Source of the DNA: Callorhinchus milii
Taxonomy: Eukaryota
Direction: 5' to 3'
NCBI RefSeq assembly: GCF_018977255.1
Contig: NW_024704742.1
Coordinates: 89,220,001-89,284,000, forward strand
Length of the DNA: 64,000 bases
Numbering within the stretch: the first letter of the stretch is position 1; each line of letters starts with the position of its first letter. Both the position numbers and the translations under genes were made by a program. Below, piece by piece: positions 38,077 to 50,837 of this stretch. Below the pieces are notes generated by a model. It was given only the letters and a program-made list of their open reading frames with translations, was not told the origin of the DNA and did not search any database.

Positions 38077-39123
38077 ACAACAACAACTTGCATTCATATA
38101 GCGCCCTTGACACTGAGCAGCGTCCCGGAGCACTTCACAGTGGCGGAGTCTGAAAACGAGCCAAGGGGAGAGGGAGGTGACCATAAGCATGATGAAAAGG
38201 AAGGTCATCAGGTGGGATTTGAAGGTAGGGAGGGAGGGGGCAAGGCGGAGGGATTGAGGAAAAGAGTTCCAGACATTTGGGAGATAGTGGCTGAAGGCAG
38301 AGCCACCGTTGGTGGAATGGAGGGCACGAGAGACAAACAGGAGGCCGGAGCCAGCCAAACAGAAGCAGCGGGTGGTGAAGTGGGGTTTAAGCAGATCGGA
38401 TAGGTGGGGAGGTGCATCTCATGAAGTGATTCGAAAATGAGCGAGAGGATCTTGAAATCGATCCGTTCGGTAATTGGCAGCTAACGGAGCCTGGCAAGGA
38501 CTGGTGTGATGGGGGTAGGGAGTTTTGTGCGGGTGAGTATCCGGGCGGCGGAGTTTTTAATTAATTGTATTTTGTATACGGTGGAGCTGGGGAGACCCGC
38601 GAGGAGGACACTGAAATAGTCCAGCCAGGAAGTGGCAAAGGGGTGAACGAGGGTTTCAGCTGCTTCGGTTCTGAGGTACGGATGGAGGTGGACAATGTGG
38701 CGGAGGTGGAAAAAAGTGGTCCTGGTCAGGGAATGGATTTGTGGTAGAAAGGAAAGCTGGGAATCGAACCTGATGCCTAAGTTTCGCATAGGTCTGGAGA
38801 GTCTAAGGGAGAGCCTGGGGAGGTTGAAGACTTCAGACCCACAGGAGAGAAGATATTGATGGGAACCAAAGAGTGTGGCTTCCGTCTTACTGACATTCAG
38901 CTGCAGGAAATTTGCACTGATCCAGGCCTTGATGTCCGTCAAACAAGCTGATAGCACATCAGGGCACTGGGAGTTGCAGCTGGAGGAGGAGAAGTATATT
39001 TGGATGTCATCCGCATCTATGCGGATGACATTGCTGAGAGGGAACATGTAGATGAGTAAAAGAATGGGACCAAGGATGGAGCCTTGGGGTAACCCACAGG
39101 CAACAGGACAGGGGCGAGAGGAA
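38077..39123 (-). mobile_element. L2 LINE 3' about 1 kb (RT and C-terminus)
   Basis: CGLPQGSILGPILLLIYM, DADDIQIY, LQLNVSKTE, NLGIRFDSQLSF; tail at 38077. Confidence 0.92.
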
Positions 39124-39644
39124 AATACATATACTAAATGCAATGACTATTGTTATTATTATTAATTAACCAGTAATGAAAAGGATTACAAACCAAACTA
39201 TATTTTAAACCATAGCGTCTAAATATTATAAGCCTCGAGTCTATGATATATGGTGCAGTTTACTACCTGCAAGGTGCGTGCTTTGTCTTATGCCCACAAA
39301 GGAAAATACAAAATGTCATGCAACTTATAACAAATGTTGTTTTTTAAAAAATGAATTAAAAGTTAATTGAACACTTTATCATGTCTGAATGCAGAAGACA
39401 GTATTTTATACTGTGACATTCTTAATTCTTCCCACTTTTAGAAGTGGATTCTCTAATATAGCCACGTAGTCAAGCTTTGCAAATGTAGACAAGGAGTAAA
39501 ATGTAAAACCCTAAACAGAAGAATTAATCATATTTTTGTTTAAAATGTGAGAGTTGTTGATCCACAACATTACATTTCAATGGAATTTATATCTGAATTC
39601 ATGGTGATTTCCTGAGTTCATTTGTTCTCATATATTTGTAATGG

Positions 39645-40505
39645 GTAAGTGAGAGACAGAAGGTTGTACATAGATTACAGGAAGATTTGAACATTCTTGG
39701 GAATTGGGCGGATCAGTGGCAGATGAAATTCAATGTGGAGAAATGTAAAATACTTCACATGGGGACAAAAAATCCAGGAAGGGACTACTATTTGAACAGA
39801 AGGAAAATAATATGCATGGAAAATGAAAAGGGCTAGATTGACAATAAATTGAAGCTCTCCCAACAATGCTGTGTGGCAGTGAGTAAAACAAACCAGATGT
39901 TAGGATGTATCAAAAGATCAGTAGCAAGCCAAAATAGTGGGGTAATCCTGCCACTGTATAGATCATTGGTGAGACCATTCTTGGAGTACTGTGTACAATT
40001 CTGGTTGCCGCAGTACAAAAAGGATATGGGAGAAATCGAGCGCTTACAGAGGAGGGCAACCAGAATGATTGAGGGAATGGAGTGACTGGACTATGAGAAG
40101 GAACTAAAGTAATTGGACAAGTTCACGCTGGAAAAGAAAAGATTGAGAGGCGACATGATTGCTGTCTTTAAGATTCTAAAGGGGCAAGACAATATAGATC
40201 ATGACAGGCTGTTTCAACTTGTCCAGAAGAGGAAAACCAGAGGACACGGCTTGCGATTGAAGGAGATTAAATTCAGAATGAATCTACACAAACACTATTT
40301 CAGTGAGCGAACAGTGAACCTGTGGAACAGACTCCTAGGCAGACGGTTAAAGCAGGAAACGTTGATACCGTCAAACACAGATTAGATAGTTTTCTTTTAG
40401 GAAATAACATTATCAGATGCATATTGGTAGATCAGATCATACGTGCATGCGACCACGACAAAGGTGGAAGGCAAACTAGATAGACCTTGGTCTTTTTTTC
40501 GACTA
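39645..40505 (+). mobile_element. CR1 LINE 3' fragment
   Basis: WADQWQMKFNVEKCK, LYRSLVRPFLEYCVQFW, RLRGDMIAVFKI; frameshifted. Confidence 0.93.
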
Positions 40506-40509
40506 ACAA

Positions 40510-40967
40510 TCCCCAAGTCAGAACTTGGAAACATATAGTCTAGTCGGACACTCCAATGCAGTGCTGGGATGCATTGTTGGTTATGCTGTCCTTCGGATGA
40601 TGCTCTGGACATGTCTGGCAACAGACTAAACAGAGAAAGATGAGATCTAAAAGTGTAGCACAAAGTCAGCCTTCCTTCCCTGTCAGTGTGGAACTGTGTG
40701 TGGAGTATAGAGAGGCCTCATTTTCCCACTCAGGTTGATGGAAAAGATTCATGCCACTAATTGTAAAGAGAAATCTGCTGGACCAAACAATCACTGGATA
40801 AAATTGATTCTTCACTTCATGCCTGTTGGTGGGACATTTCTGTGTGCAAACTGACTACATTGTTTGCCTACAAAATACACAGTCACTACACCTCATCGTA
40901 AATCCTGTGAAGTGCTTTGAGACATTTAGTCTCAAGGCACTATATCAAATGCAAGGATTATTACTAC
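40510..40967 (+). mobile_element. DeuSINE with an internal templated insertion
   Basis: The Deu core breaks after CTTCGGATGA (40600) and resumes near 40712. Confidence 0.8.
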
Positions 40968-41844
40968 TAGGAGTGTGAGAAAACTAATCAGATGTTTTTT
41001 TTCTGGTATTGGAAGTGATCGATGATAGTGGCATCTCTTTGCTCACACAGAGGATGCCGATTTGCAGAGGTGAAAGTTCTGCTGAGTGAAAGAAGATATC
41101 TAAAAGTGTAGCAGTAAATCAGCCTCCTATCCCTGTCCTGAAATCGTGTATGGAGTATAGAGAAGCTTCACCTGCACCCTGCTCTGGTCTGCTGCCTGAC
41201 ATGTCCAGAGCTGAGATTATACATCTATAACCCGGCAGGCTGTAGCCAGGACTCTGTTAAAAAGAAACTGCTTGAAAAAAAACACATTAGATTCATCAAA
41301 GCATGAGAACATAAAGATTGTAATGAGAAAAAGTCTTCTGGCCCATTAAATCGATTGCTTCCACACCCATACACACTCCACTCCATTATAGACTCCAGTC
41401 ATCCCATTTTGTCTCCTGAAGAAAGGTTTCACTCTATCCTTTCAAAGGTGAATCATGACAAATTCCAAAGTATCTTACCTTGCCATACACCTGATAATGT
41501 ATTATTCATTCATGACTGGTTGCCCCTTTTTTGGCGTGACATTTCCAAGGTCCAACAGCTCAGAAACCATCATTCCACATAGTATTCAATCATCTCTGTC
41601 TCCACATGGCCTTCTAATTCACCATTGCATTTCTTACTAGATATTCATCTATCTTTTTAATGGAGTTAATAAAATATTTATTAATATCATAGTTATTAAC
41701 CATTAGTGCTATCAGTCCATCCTCCAGATCAATTTACTCTGCGGTGTTTTCTCTGTGTCATTCACCCTACCCTAATCATATTGAATCTTCTTTGAGTCCT
41801 ATTAGCTTTGTACTCATATCCTCAGGTTTGATATGAGTATGGTA

Positions 41845-41985
41845 TCGGCCACCCCTCTTCCGCTCCCCTCCCTTCTTCCCCCCGACCCCAGCTCGGGTGT
41901 GAAATGCTGTACACTGTATAGCGCCTTGGGACGTCCTCCTGACATGAAAGGCGCTATACAAATGTAATCTTGTTGTGTTGTTGTT
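41845..41985 (+). mobile_element. L2 3' tail
   Basis: CCAGCTCGGGTGTGAAATGCTGTACACTG...GAAAGGCGCTATACAAATGTAATCTTGTTG, nearly the same as 57480-57572. Confidence 0.85.
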
Positions 41986-42854
41986 CTCTAGCTGCACACT
42001 CAAATCAAGTTAGCTTTCAAAAGGGAATTAGATAAATACCAAAAAGGAGCCAACTAGATTCGGGAAAGTGCAGGTAAAGGAAAAGATTGTTCTTGAAAGG
42101 TGCCGGCACAGACACAATGGACCAACTGGCTTTTTCATGTGCTGTAAATTTCTGTGTTCTATGTAAGCCATGATTTACCTGAGACGCATCATGCTGGTGT
42201 CAATAAATGTCTTTGCTTCTTACAAATGTGTTGCAACATTCCATTCAGACCTCAGGAAAAGATGAAGTCAAAGGTGAGCACTGAACATGTTAAATAAACA
42301 CCTAAAGGTGTGTAGAAACCCCACAATGAGACACACACCTCAATGTGAAATGACATATCAGTGTGCACACATAGGCACATAGATGTGTGATTGAAGTGTA
42401 TCAGATTGTGCTCAAGAGCACTCAGGTGTAGCCATGTTGTAACTTGTGCAATCTTGTAAAATAACAGAAAAGAGTTGAAGAAAATCAGTTCGCATTAATT
42501 GCCAACGTGAAGCTCAAAAGAGGAAATCAGTACTGAAATGCTTTGATTGTCTCATTAAGGGGGTGCTATTAAAGTGGAACAGGAACAATTTGCATGGTTT
42601 ATCCTCTGAATCTGGATGAGGCTGAGATCAATTACACCCATTAGCTGGGAGACAATTTTAATGTGATGAGAGGCTGAGTGACTGCAGTCACAACTGGAAA
42701 ACCCTACCTTACTCACAGTGACACTCAGATGCAGCGCATTCTGACAGAGCTCTGAGTGCTGCCGTCCAACAGCAGGTGATTGTGGCAAATACCTAAACAA
42801 TGGACCAGGAGGTGAGGAGACGCTCTATCCTCCATTACTCCAGCACTTAACAGC

Positions 42855-43035
42855 TGCATTGAATCGAGGGAAACATAGTCTTGATTCGTCAACACATATG
42901 CGATTCAATGCGATTCCAATGCTTGCTGGTAAGTGTGCATGCAGTGACGGGTCAAGACGCATTGAATTGCGGGAAATGCAGTCTTGGCTCGCCACCCAAT
43001 GCGCACTTGCCAGCTGCATTCAATTACGCATATGC
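42855..43035. repeat. Imperfect hairpin with an internal direct repeat
   Basis: GCTGGTAAGTGTGCAT...GGGTCAAGACGCATT pairs with AATGCAGTCTTGGCTC...ATGCGCACTTGCCAGC. Confidence 0.7.
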
Positions 43036-43202
43036 AGTGTAGATTATTGATTAAATCAGATTTTATAAAACATACAGTTTGTCTGCAATTTGGACTTCAC
43101 GTAACTCATATTAAATCTAATGGGCCCGACTGATAAGAATTGTGAGTTTTACTGTGTTCAGTTACAGTTTCTGTAAGTTTCAGAAACTTACACTGCAGAT
43201 GT

Positions 43203-43495
43203 AATAATAATTAATCATAATTCTTGCATTTGATATAGCACCTTATCACGTCTTCGAGACATCTCAAAGCACATCACACACTGTAAAGTGAATTGACTGT
43301 ATATATTGTGAGCAAAATGTGCCAGCCAATTGTGCACAGCAGTGTCAGTTTCAGGACAAGATACAAGGTTATTTTTCTTTACTCAGAGGGTAATTAACAA
43401 ATCGAGCAGTTTCCCAGGAAGAATGGTTGAGACCAGAACATTAGATTCATTTAAAAAGCAGCTTGATGCTTTGATGGTAGGATTGTAGCGTGGGT
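43203..43495. mobile_element. SINE-A tail (-, 43203-43345) next to a CR1 3' fragment (+, 43350-43495)
   Basis: SINE tail motif, then TTTACTCAGAGGGTAATTAAC...CATTTAAAAAGCAGCTTGATG. Confidence 0.75.
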
Positions 43496-43497
43496 GT

Positions 43498-43869
43498 TAA
43501 TAATAATAATAATCCTTGCATTTGATATAGCACTTTATCTCACCTTCGAAATGTCTCAAACCACTTCACAGAATATACTGTAAAGTGAAGTGTATATTTT
43601 GTGGGTGAAACACGGCAGCAAATTGCGCAGAGCAGTGTCCCACAAACAGTCCTGGATTGAGTGACCAAATTATTTTTATTTATTTTGAAGGAATTATTAC
43701 CCCCGGAAAAGCAATCTGCCAATTGACTAACAACCGGGTTCCTATTTACTGCTAGGTTAAAAGAGGCATGTGGCGTAAGGAGACTTGTCCAACATTTCGC
43801 TCTGCCAGAAATCAAACTCAGTTCCTCTCGCTTGCGGGTCGAATGCTTTAAGCACTGAGCTACAGGACT
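43498..43869 (-). mobile_element. Full-length SINE-A, long subfamily
   Basis: Tail through to the head (...CTGAGCTACAGGACT). Confidence 0.9.
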
Positions 43870-43879
43870 ACTGTAGTAA

Positions 43880-44220
43880 AACAACAGCAACAATTTGCAT
43901 TATATAGCACCCTTTACATAGGATAACATCTCAGCGAGCTTCACAGTGTTGGTGTTGGATGCCGTGCTAGGAGTAAGGGAAAGGAGGAGGTGACCTGACC
44001 ATAGGCACAAGCAAAGAGGTAGGTGTTAAGGTTGTATTTTAAGACCGACAGAGAGGTGAGGCGAAGGGTTAGAAACAGAGATCCAGAGGTTTGGGGCATA
44101 AAAGACTGAAGATTCAGGTGGGGTAGAGGAGTGGTGGGTGCGCAACAGGCCTGTTTTAGCTGAGCGCAGGGGTCAGCCAGAGAAGTAGGGTATGAAGCGA
44201 TCAGAGAGATGGGGAGGTGC
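43880..44220 (-). mobile_element. Degenerate L2 3' end
   Basis: L2-type tail and purine-rich antisense body; it continues briefly after the SINE at 44538. Confidence 0.65.
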
Positions 44221-44223
44221 TTC

Positions 44224-44537
44224 TAATAATAATAATAACCTTTGCATTTGATATAAAGCTTTTCACGTCTTCCAGATGTCTCAAAGCGGTTCACAAAATA
44301 TGCTGTAAAGTGAATTGACCGTATATTTATGGGCGAAACGCGGCAGCCAATTGCGCACAGCAGTGTCCCACAAATAGTCATATATTGAAAATGACCAATT
44401 TATTATTGTTTTGTTTTGAAGGATTATTATTAGGACTAAAGTGTAAGGAAACTTGCCCAAGGTTTCGCCCTGCCTGAAATTGAACCCAGGTGTCTCGCTT
44501 GCAAGGCGAGTGCTCTAACCACTGAGCTACAGGACTC
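44224..44537 (-). mobile_element. Full-length SINE-A, short subfamily
   Basis: Nearly identical to the copies at 10889 and 61433. Confidence 0.92.
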
Positions 44538-45964
44538 CACAGCGAGTGAAGGGATTTATATGTAAGAAATAAAAGATAATTGCAAGTTGATTTACAAATA
44601 AGATTACCATATAAGATTACAGAAAATATGACGTTAAAAGAATGTTTCTGGGCTGTGAAATATTTGCTAGCATGACTAAGTTTAATAAAATAAAAAGGTA
44701 ATGAATACAATTTTACATTTATGATGGTTGATGAGTTGTAAATCTAGGAAATCCAACTAATTACTTTAAATTGAATATTATTTTTATGACCTAATTGAAA
44801 AGCACTTAGGGCCCAATTTTCATGTAAAAAATTGTCAATCATGTACATGTGATAATGATACAGACTTTGTGTATTTACTGTCATTTAAAGAGGAATTCTA
44901 ACACCACAAAGAGAAGCATTGCAAGTCCCAGCCTCTCTCAGTTGGCCTTTGACTTTGAGTCAGAAGGTGTGGTTTTAGCCCAACAACTAAGATGGCATCC
45001 CAATAGCCATCCAGTGCCAAGGATGGGTTGAATTGTTAGAGTTGCCATCCTTCAGATCAAAGAGTGTTGGTCAAAGCAGTCAAAATGGTAGACTTTCGTA
45101 AGAACGTTGATGGCAGGGGAAAAGGGATCAAGGAAAAAGGATGAAGGGATTTCGGAAGTGAAATCCAGAAAGTGGGAGCATTATAGCTAAAGGATTTGCC
45201 ACCAATGGTGGGATAGTGTGGTTGTGTAATGGTGGAAGTGAGGAATAAACAGGAAAACAAAATTGAAAAAGTTAAAGGCATGGGCCTGAGAATAAGGACT
45301 AGAGGGGATTCAATCTTGCCCTTCCCTATTGTGAAGTAACAATACATTAGGATTTACTAACACGGTAGAACAAGAAGTCACAGGTTTAGGTTGCAAAGTG
45401 CAGTTTCACTCATATAATAGTACAATCATAGCACTGAGGATCACAGCATTCTGAGCAGCTATTAACACCAAGAAGGTTGATTGTACCTGGACATTGCACC
45501 ACAGGTAGTTCAATGCTGTAATGCGGAGAAGGTCCATTTACACTGTAAGCTACTTGATTATAGCTATGTGGAGCAGAGTGCCAGATTGTTTTGTTCACTC
45601 CTCATTGCTTTGAATGGAGTGTATAGCACCCAATTCTGGGCTCTCCACAAGGGCCTTGCTATACGGCAGGCGCTCAAATCAGGTGTTTATGTTTTAGTGT
45701 CAGAAAAGAGTTGGTCACACAAGACTCCAACAGTTTGTTGGAAGCTTCTGTGACATCTGTTGTATTGAGTGTATGTCCGAGAGCCTTGAACAAACCACTG
45801 GAGAGCAAGCCCAGTGTGATTTGCACTCTCTGTATCTGTACAGTGTGGGTGCAAATCATAGTGCTCCTGAAACAACCTTCTGCAGGGTATGAGCTATCAT
45901 CATCAGTTAGGGCTCCAGTATGATGCCAGTATGGCATTTTAAACCAAACCTGAAATGCAATAAA

Positions 45965-46272
45965 ATAATAATTAATAATAATCCTTGCATTTGATATAGC
46001 GTCTTAACTCATCGTTGAGACATCTCAAAGCACGTCACAGGATACTGCAAAGTAATTGATTGTATATTTTGTAGACGAAAAGTGGCAGACAACTGAGCAC
46101 AGCAGAGTCCCACAAACATGGATTGAGTGGCCAAATTACTATTTTTTTAAGGGATTATTATCCCCGGAAAAGCAATTCGCCAATCGACTAACAACAAAAT
46201 CCTATTTATTACTAGTTAAACAGAGGTGTGCGGAATAAGGAAACTTGTCTAAGGTTTCATCCTGCCAAGAAT
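45965..46272 (-). mobile_element. SINE-A long subfamily, 5'-truncated
   Basis: Tail, Deu part and long-subfamily segment are present. Confidence 0.85.
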
Positions 46273-46984
46273 CTATGCAGGGGTCAATACCCCTTTAAGT
46301 GAACGTCAAACTCATCTCACTGAACATGTGTGAAAATGTCAGTGTTAAATTTTATGCAGTATTGGGCGTTTTCTTTCTTATAAACGGCATCATGTTTTCT
46401 GCATACGCATTCCTAAAATTACTCTTTGCATAAAATATTCACTTTAAATATCAAGGATGAAAAGTGTAAAATGAAAAATGCATAAAAATTTATGTTTAAA
46501 ATTATGTGTTAATACTCTGAATAAAACATGCTCTTTTTGTCATGTTTAATAATACAGCGAAAATGTCACTGTTGATCTAAGAGAATTAATCCATATAGTT
46601 CATGTTTAATTCATCTGCTCTTTAAGAATGCTCAGCAATTTTTAATTTAGATAAATTGCTGTTCCCCTCTACCCACGCCTACTTTATCAGTTCCAGACAC
46701 AAGCATCCAGTTTCTTTTGCTCCCTTCTTTGGTGCATTTTCAGATGGTCTATACACGTGTACAAAATCAACTGTCCTATTATGAGTAAAGTCTAATTCCA
46801 CATGCACTGTATCATTTTCTAGCATTTGACATGATCAGTTCACCTTATGACATTTGCTTTCTGCAAATGAGAAAAAAATCGCTCTTTAGCCAAGAAGGTC
46901 GGCCACAAATTCCATTTCACTGGAGTTTCTGGTCAACAAATAATGTCACAGTCAAATTTGTTTTAAGTTTCAGAAATGCACCAC

Positions 46985-47137
46985 ACACAAAAAATAATAA
47001 TAATGTGGTCACTAAATCAACGACTGTTTCGCCCACAAAATATACAGTCAATTCACTTTACGTGTATTCTGTGAAATGCTTTGAGACATCTCAACAGTGC
47101 GGTAAAGTGCTACACCAAATGCAAGGATTATTATTGC
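46985..47137 (+). mobile_element. SINE-A 3' fragment
   Basis: TTTCGCCCACAAAATATACAGTCAATTCACTTTAC...CAAATGCAAGGATTATTATT. Confidence 0.8.
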
Positions 47138-48019
47138 TGTTATTGGACCTCATACTTAAATGTGTTACACAACAATTTAAATATTGTCTTAAGCACTATT
47201 TTCTTTTTAAAAAGCCTAATAGAACAAAAGAGGATACCAATTGTCTCCTTTAATTCTAAAACTTCTAAACGGTCGGTGTCTCAAGCTATGTTCACAACAA
47301 GGTGTGAACGAGACTGGTTTACTTACAGTATTTTTGCTGTAATCAAACAACAGTGTCAAAGGGCGATTGCCTCACAAATTGAATAAGGCCCAGGTTCAAA
47401 GGATGATTGGTTTTATTGATTTCAATACAAATTTGAATGGTTTGTTCATGTTCATGGAAGCAGTAAGGATTACAAGTACGAAACCTGCCTAGGGTTAAAT
47501 GTGAGGGCAATGAAAGCAGGGATACGCACACCAGGTTAACTGCAAGTCTGCACAGAGAGAGGGAGAGCATGTAATCTATGAAAAGTTTGTACTTTTAGAG
47601 AGATACTCTGAATTGATTTCCATGGATTCATTGTTTGAAACAATCAACACTGGGTTTATTTTTTGCTATTTTATTCTTTTACATTTTTTGCTCAAACCTT
47701 TACATCCTGTGCTGGGTATGCAGCATCTTGTCTTTAGTAATTTATGAATTGAACTATTTATGATTGCAAAACACACAATTTATGGTTGATATTTTCACTT
47801 TCCTAAGGAAGAGACATTGAAACAATCTCTGTTTATGAATTGCCCACTCGGGCCAGTCTGAGCTTGTACCTAGAGGAAACCAATGTGCGCCACACAAGCT
47901 TGAGAGGAGAGCCCCTAGGTGCAGCTTGGGAACTCCATTGGAAAGTAAGCTGTGGAAAGCACTTCAATTAAGCTGAAATAGTGAAAATACATATTATCTG
48001 AACATGCTGCATGATCACT

Positions 48020-48425
48020 GACCTTTCGGTTAAACCAAGGTGTTCAACTGAAATATTAAGCCCAGGTCCTAGCTGCCAAATAGCATCAATGTACTTAAGA
48101 GGAAACGTGATGCTCCAAGTCTATTTAACTTCAGGTCAGGTCAGATGGACAGTGAAGATCCCATGGACACTATTCAAAACGTGAAAGTGCCTTCCCGTCT
48201 TCCCTGTCTTGATCAAATTTGTCCCAGACAAAATTAGTCACTTACTTCATAGTTGTGTGTGGGACATTGCTGTACTCAAATTGGCTGCTGCGTTCATCCA
48301 TAAATACACTTCCTCCTGACAAATGTAATCTTGTTGGTGTTGCTACACTTAGTAGGTAAAATTCTATGATGCTCTTCAAGATATTTTCTTTATGTGATAA
48401 GGTGTCATATCAAAAGTGAGGTTTT
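48020..48425 (+). mobile_element. Degenerate DeuSINE
   Basis: GAAGATCCCATGGACACTATTC and GTGGGACATTGCTGTACTCAAATTGGCTGC motifs. Confidence 0.65.
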
Positions 48426-48549
48426 GATATGACACCTTATCACAAAATCTTTTTTATCAAATACAGTGGACTCTGTATAATAACATGGATTCAGGACCAT
48501 GACAATACGATGCAATTGTATGGGGTATGCAATTATCCAAAGTTCATTA

Positions 48550-50080
48550 GTGGTGCCACCTTCCTGTCGTTCTCCATGCTGCGGCTTTTCTTACACCATC
48601 TGCCTTTCACGTCCTCCCGACGTGAAAGGCGCTATACAAATGTAATTTTGTTGTTGTTGTTTCCTCCTTGTCTTCCTTATCTTTCTGCTGCTTTCGACAG
48701 TCGATCATGCCATCCTCCTCAACCGCCTCACCTACCTCATAATAATAATCCTTGCATTGATATAGCACCTTATCGTGTCATTGAGACATCTCAAAAGTAT
48801 ATTCACATAGGTTGTAAATTGAATTGAATGTATAATTTGTGGGCAAATCTCAGCAGCCAATTGCCCACAGCAGTGCCCCACAAACAGTCGTGGATTGAGT
48901 GACTAAATTATTTATTAATTTTTGATGGGATTATTACCCACAATAAAACAATCTGCCAATCAACTAACACCGGGCTCCTACTTACTGCCAAGGAAACAGG
49001 CGTGTGGAGTAAGGAAATGTGCCCAATGTTTCACCCTGCTCGGGAATAGAACCCAGGTCTTCTCTCTTATGAGGTGACTGCTCTAACTACTAAGCTACAG
49101 GACTCCAAGTCAGTGGGAGAAGCTGGCTGATGAGAAGGAGGTACTTCCTACCCCGCAATCACCTCAATGGGACTGCACTCTTCTGGTTTCACCCACTGCT
49201 ATCATTACATCTCTGCAAACTGTTTCTCCTCCTGCCCTGCTGGGTCACCTGCAGGGTCCCCCAAAATCCATCCTTGACCCCCTATATTTCCTAATTTACA
49301 TGCTCCCTCTCAAAAATGGCATCTGCAGACAATGGCGTCAATTTCCACATGTATGTGGACAACACCCAAATCATGTTTTCTTCTTCTGGTCTTGACCCTC
49401 CAATGTTCTATCCTCTTGCTTGACATCAAGGCCTGGATGAGCACCACATTTCTACAGCTAAATGTTGATAAGATGAAAATCATGCTCCTTGGCTCCCATT
49501 AACATCTTCTCACGTGTGGCTCTGACTTCCTTAACCTCTGCAGCCTATTCCTCCAACTTTCTGAACCCGTGCGCAATATAGGCATCAGGTTCAATCCCCA
49601 GCTGTGATTCCTAACCCACATCCGGTCCCTGACCAGGACCGCTTTCCTACACCTCTGTCACATGGTCCACCAAAACACATTTGTGTACCTCATTACCAAA
49701 ACACAATGCCATCCTTACTGACCCCTCAAGCTCCACCACCCATAAGTCTGAACTGATTCAGAATTCCAATGCCTGTATTGTCACCTGTAGAACTTACAGT
49801 CCCTTTAGTTAAGTATACCCTAGTACCTCCTTATTTCTCCAAACTGCTTACACTTGCTCCTCTACCCCTTCCCTCAGCCCCACCCTTTTGCTCAGGTGAC
49901 TCGGGCCTCCAGCATATCCCTTAATCTCCACCATCATCGGCTGCCTTGCTTCCAACCACAATGTCCCCCAAATCTCTGGAACTCTCTTCCTAAATCCCAC
50001 CGCTTGTCCCCTTCTTGCCCATCTTCAGATCAGAACTGAAGACCTTTCTCATTGACCGTGCTTACAGTCATCTCTCCTTT
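48550..50080 (+). mobile_element. Old L2 fragment with nested insertions
   Basis: LSAAFD-, PQ.SIL.P- and decayed YADD-like (ATGTATGTGGACAACACCCAA) segments and a C-terminal region. Interrupted by a short L2 tail piece (48600-48660) and a SINE-A. Confidence 0.75.
48740..49106 (-). mobile_element. Full-length SINE-A, long subfamily
   Basis: Tail through to the head (...AAGCTACAGGACTC). Confidence 0.88.
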
Positions 50081-50837
50081 AGATTCGGCATTAAACCGAG
50101 ATCCTGTCATTTGAATGTTAAAGATCCCATGGCAGTATTTAAAAAGAAAAGAGAGTTTCTCCCAGTATCTTGGCAAACAATCCCCCAATTGGCCATTTAC
50201 TTCATGGCTGCTTGTGGCACATTGTCACTTTAATTTTTCTATCTTCTGCCTCCTAAACTGCTCCACAGTACAATATGTAAACTCAAACATCGTATCCTGT
50301 TGCACTCCGATGCTTTCAGTGAAGTAAATTCAATCTGTATTGTAAATTTTGCAGGATGCTTAAACTGGGGGAGGGGCGCAGGGACATTACAAATACTTGA
50401 CACAAATTTGCAGCTGAAACAATTCAGCTTGTAATATATTGTAGCTGTTGATTCTGTAAGGAAAGTAAAAGTAATAAAATTGTCTTTGTGTCAGATTTCT
50501 GTGCATTTAATAGAAATTGTCACTCGGGTATTTACTTCAGTGGAATTCAGGTGGAGTGCAGAAACAGTAGGACTGATGCTGGAAACTCTCCTTTGAAATA
50601 ATTTATCATAACATGCAGCAAACAGAACATTAATTTGCAATAACTCTGCACTGGGATTTCCTTTTTGGTGATTAAATCTGTACCGGCAGACAGTTTCAGA
50701 AGCAGGCTCGAGTCTAAAGCATTTTGAAAAATTCGAACTGGCACACAAGTGGAGCTGCTTGCGTTCAAATGTGTCAGTTCTGCATGTGATCATAGGTCCT
50801 ACTCACCCATCTATATTTATGTGCCATTTACCATTCT

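Noticed and set aside
42249..42273. 25-nt + strand exon-like segment (CAG|...AAG|GTGAGC)
   Set aside because: Poor acceptor tract and an unrecognised peptide.
45674..45950. Minus-strand TTTCAG|GTTTGGTTTAAA (VWFK), resembling a homeobox exon start
   Set aside because: It continues MPYW rather than NRR, no upstream homeobox exon was found, and part of the T-rich tract is a SINE tail.
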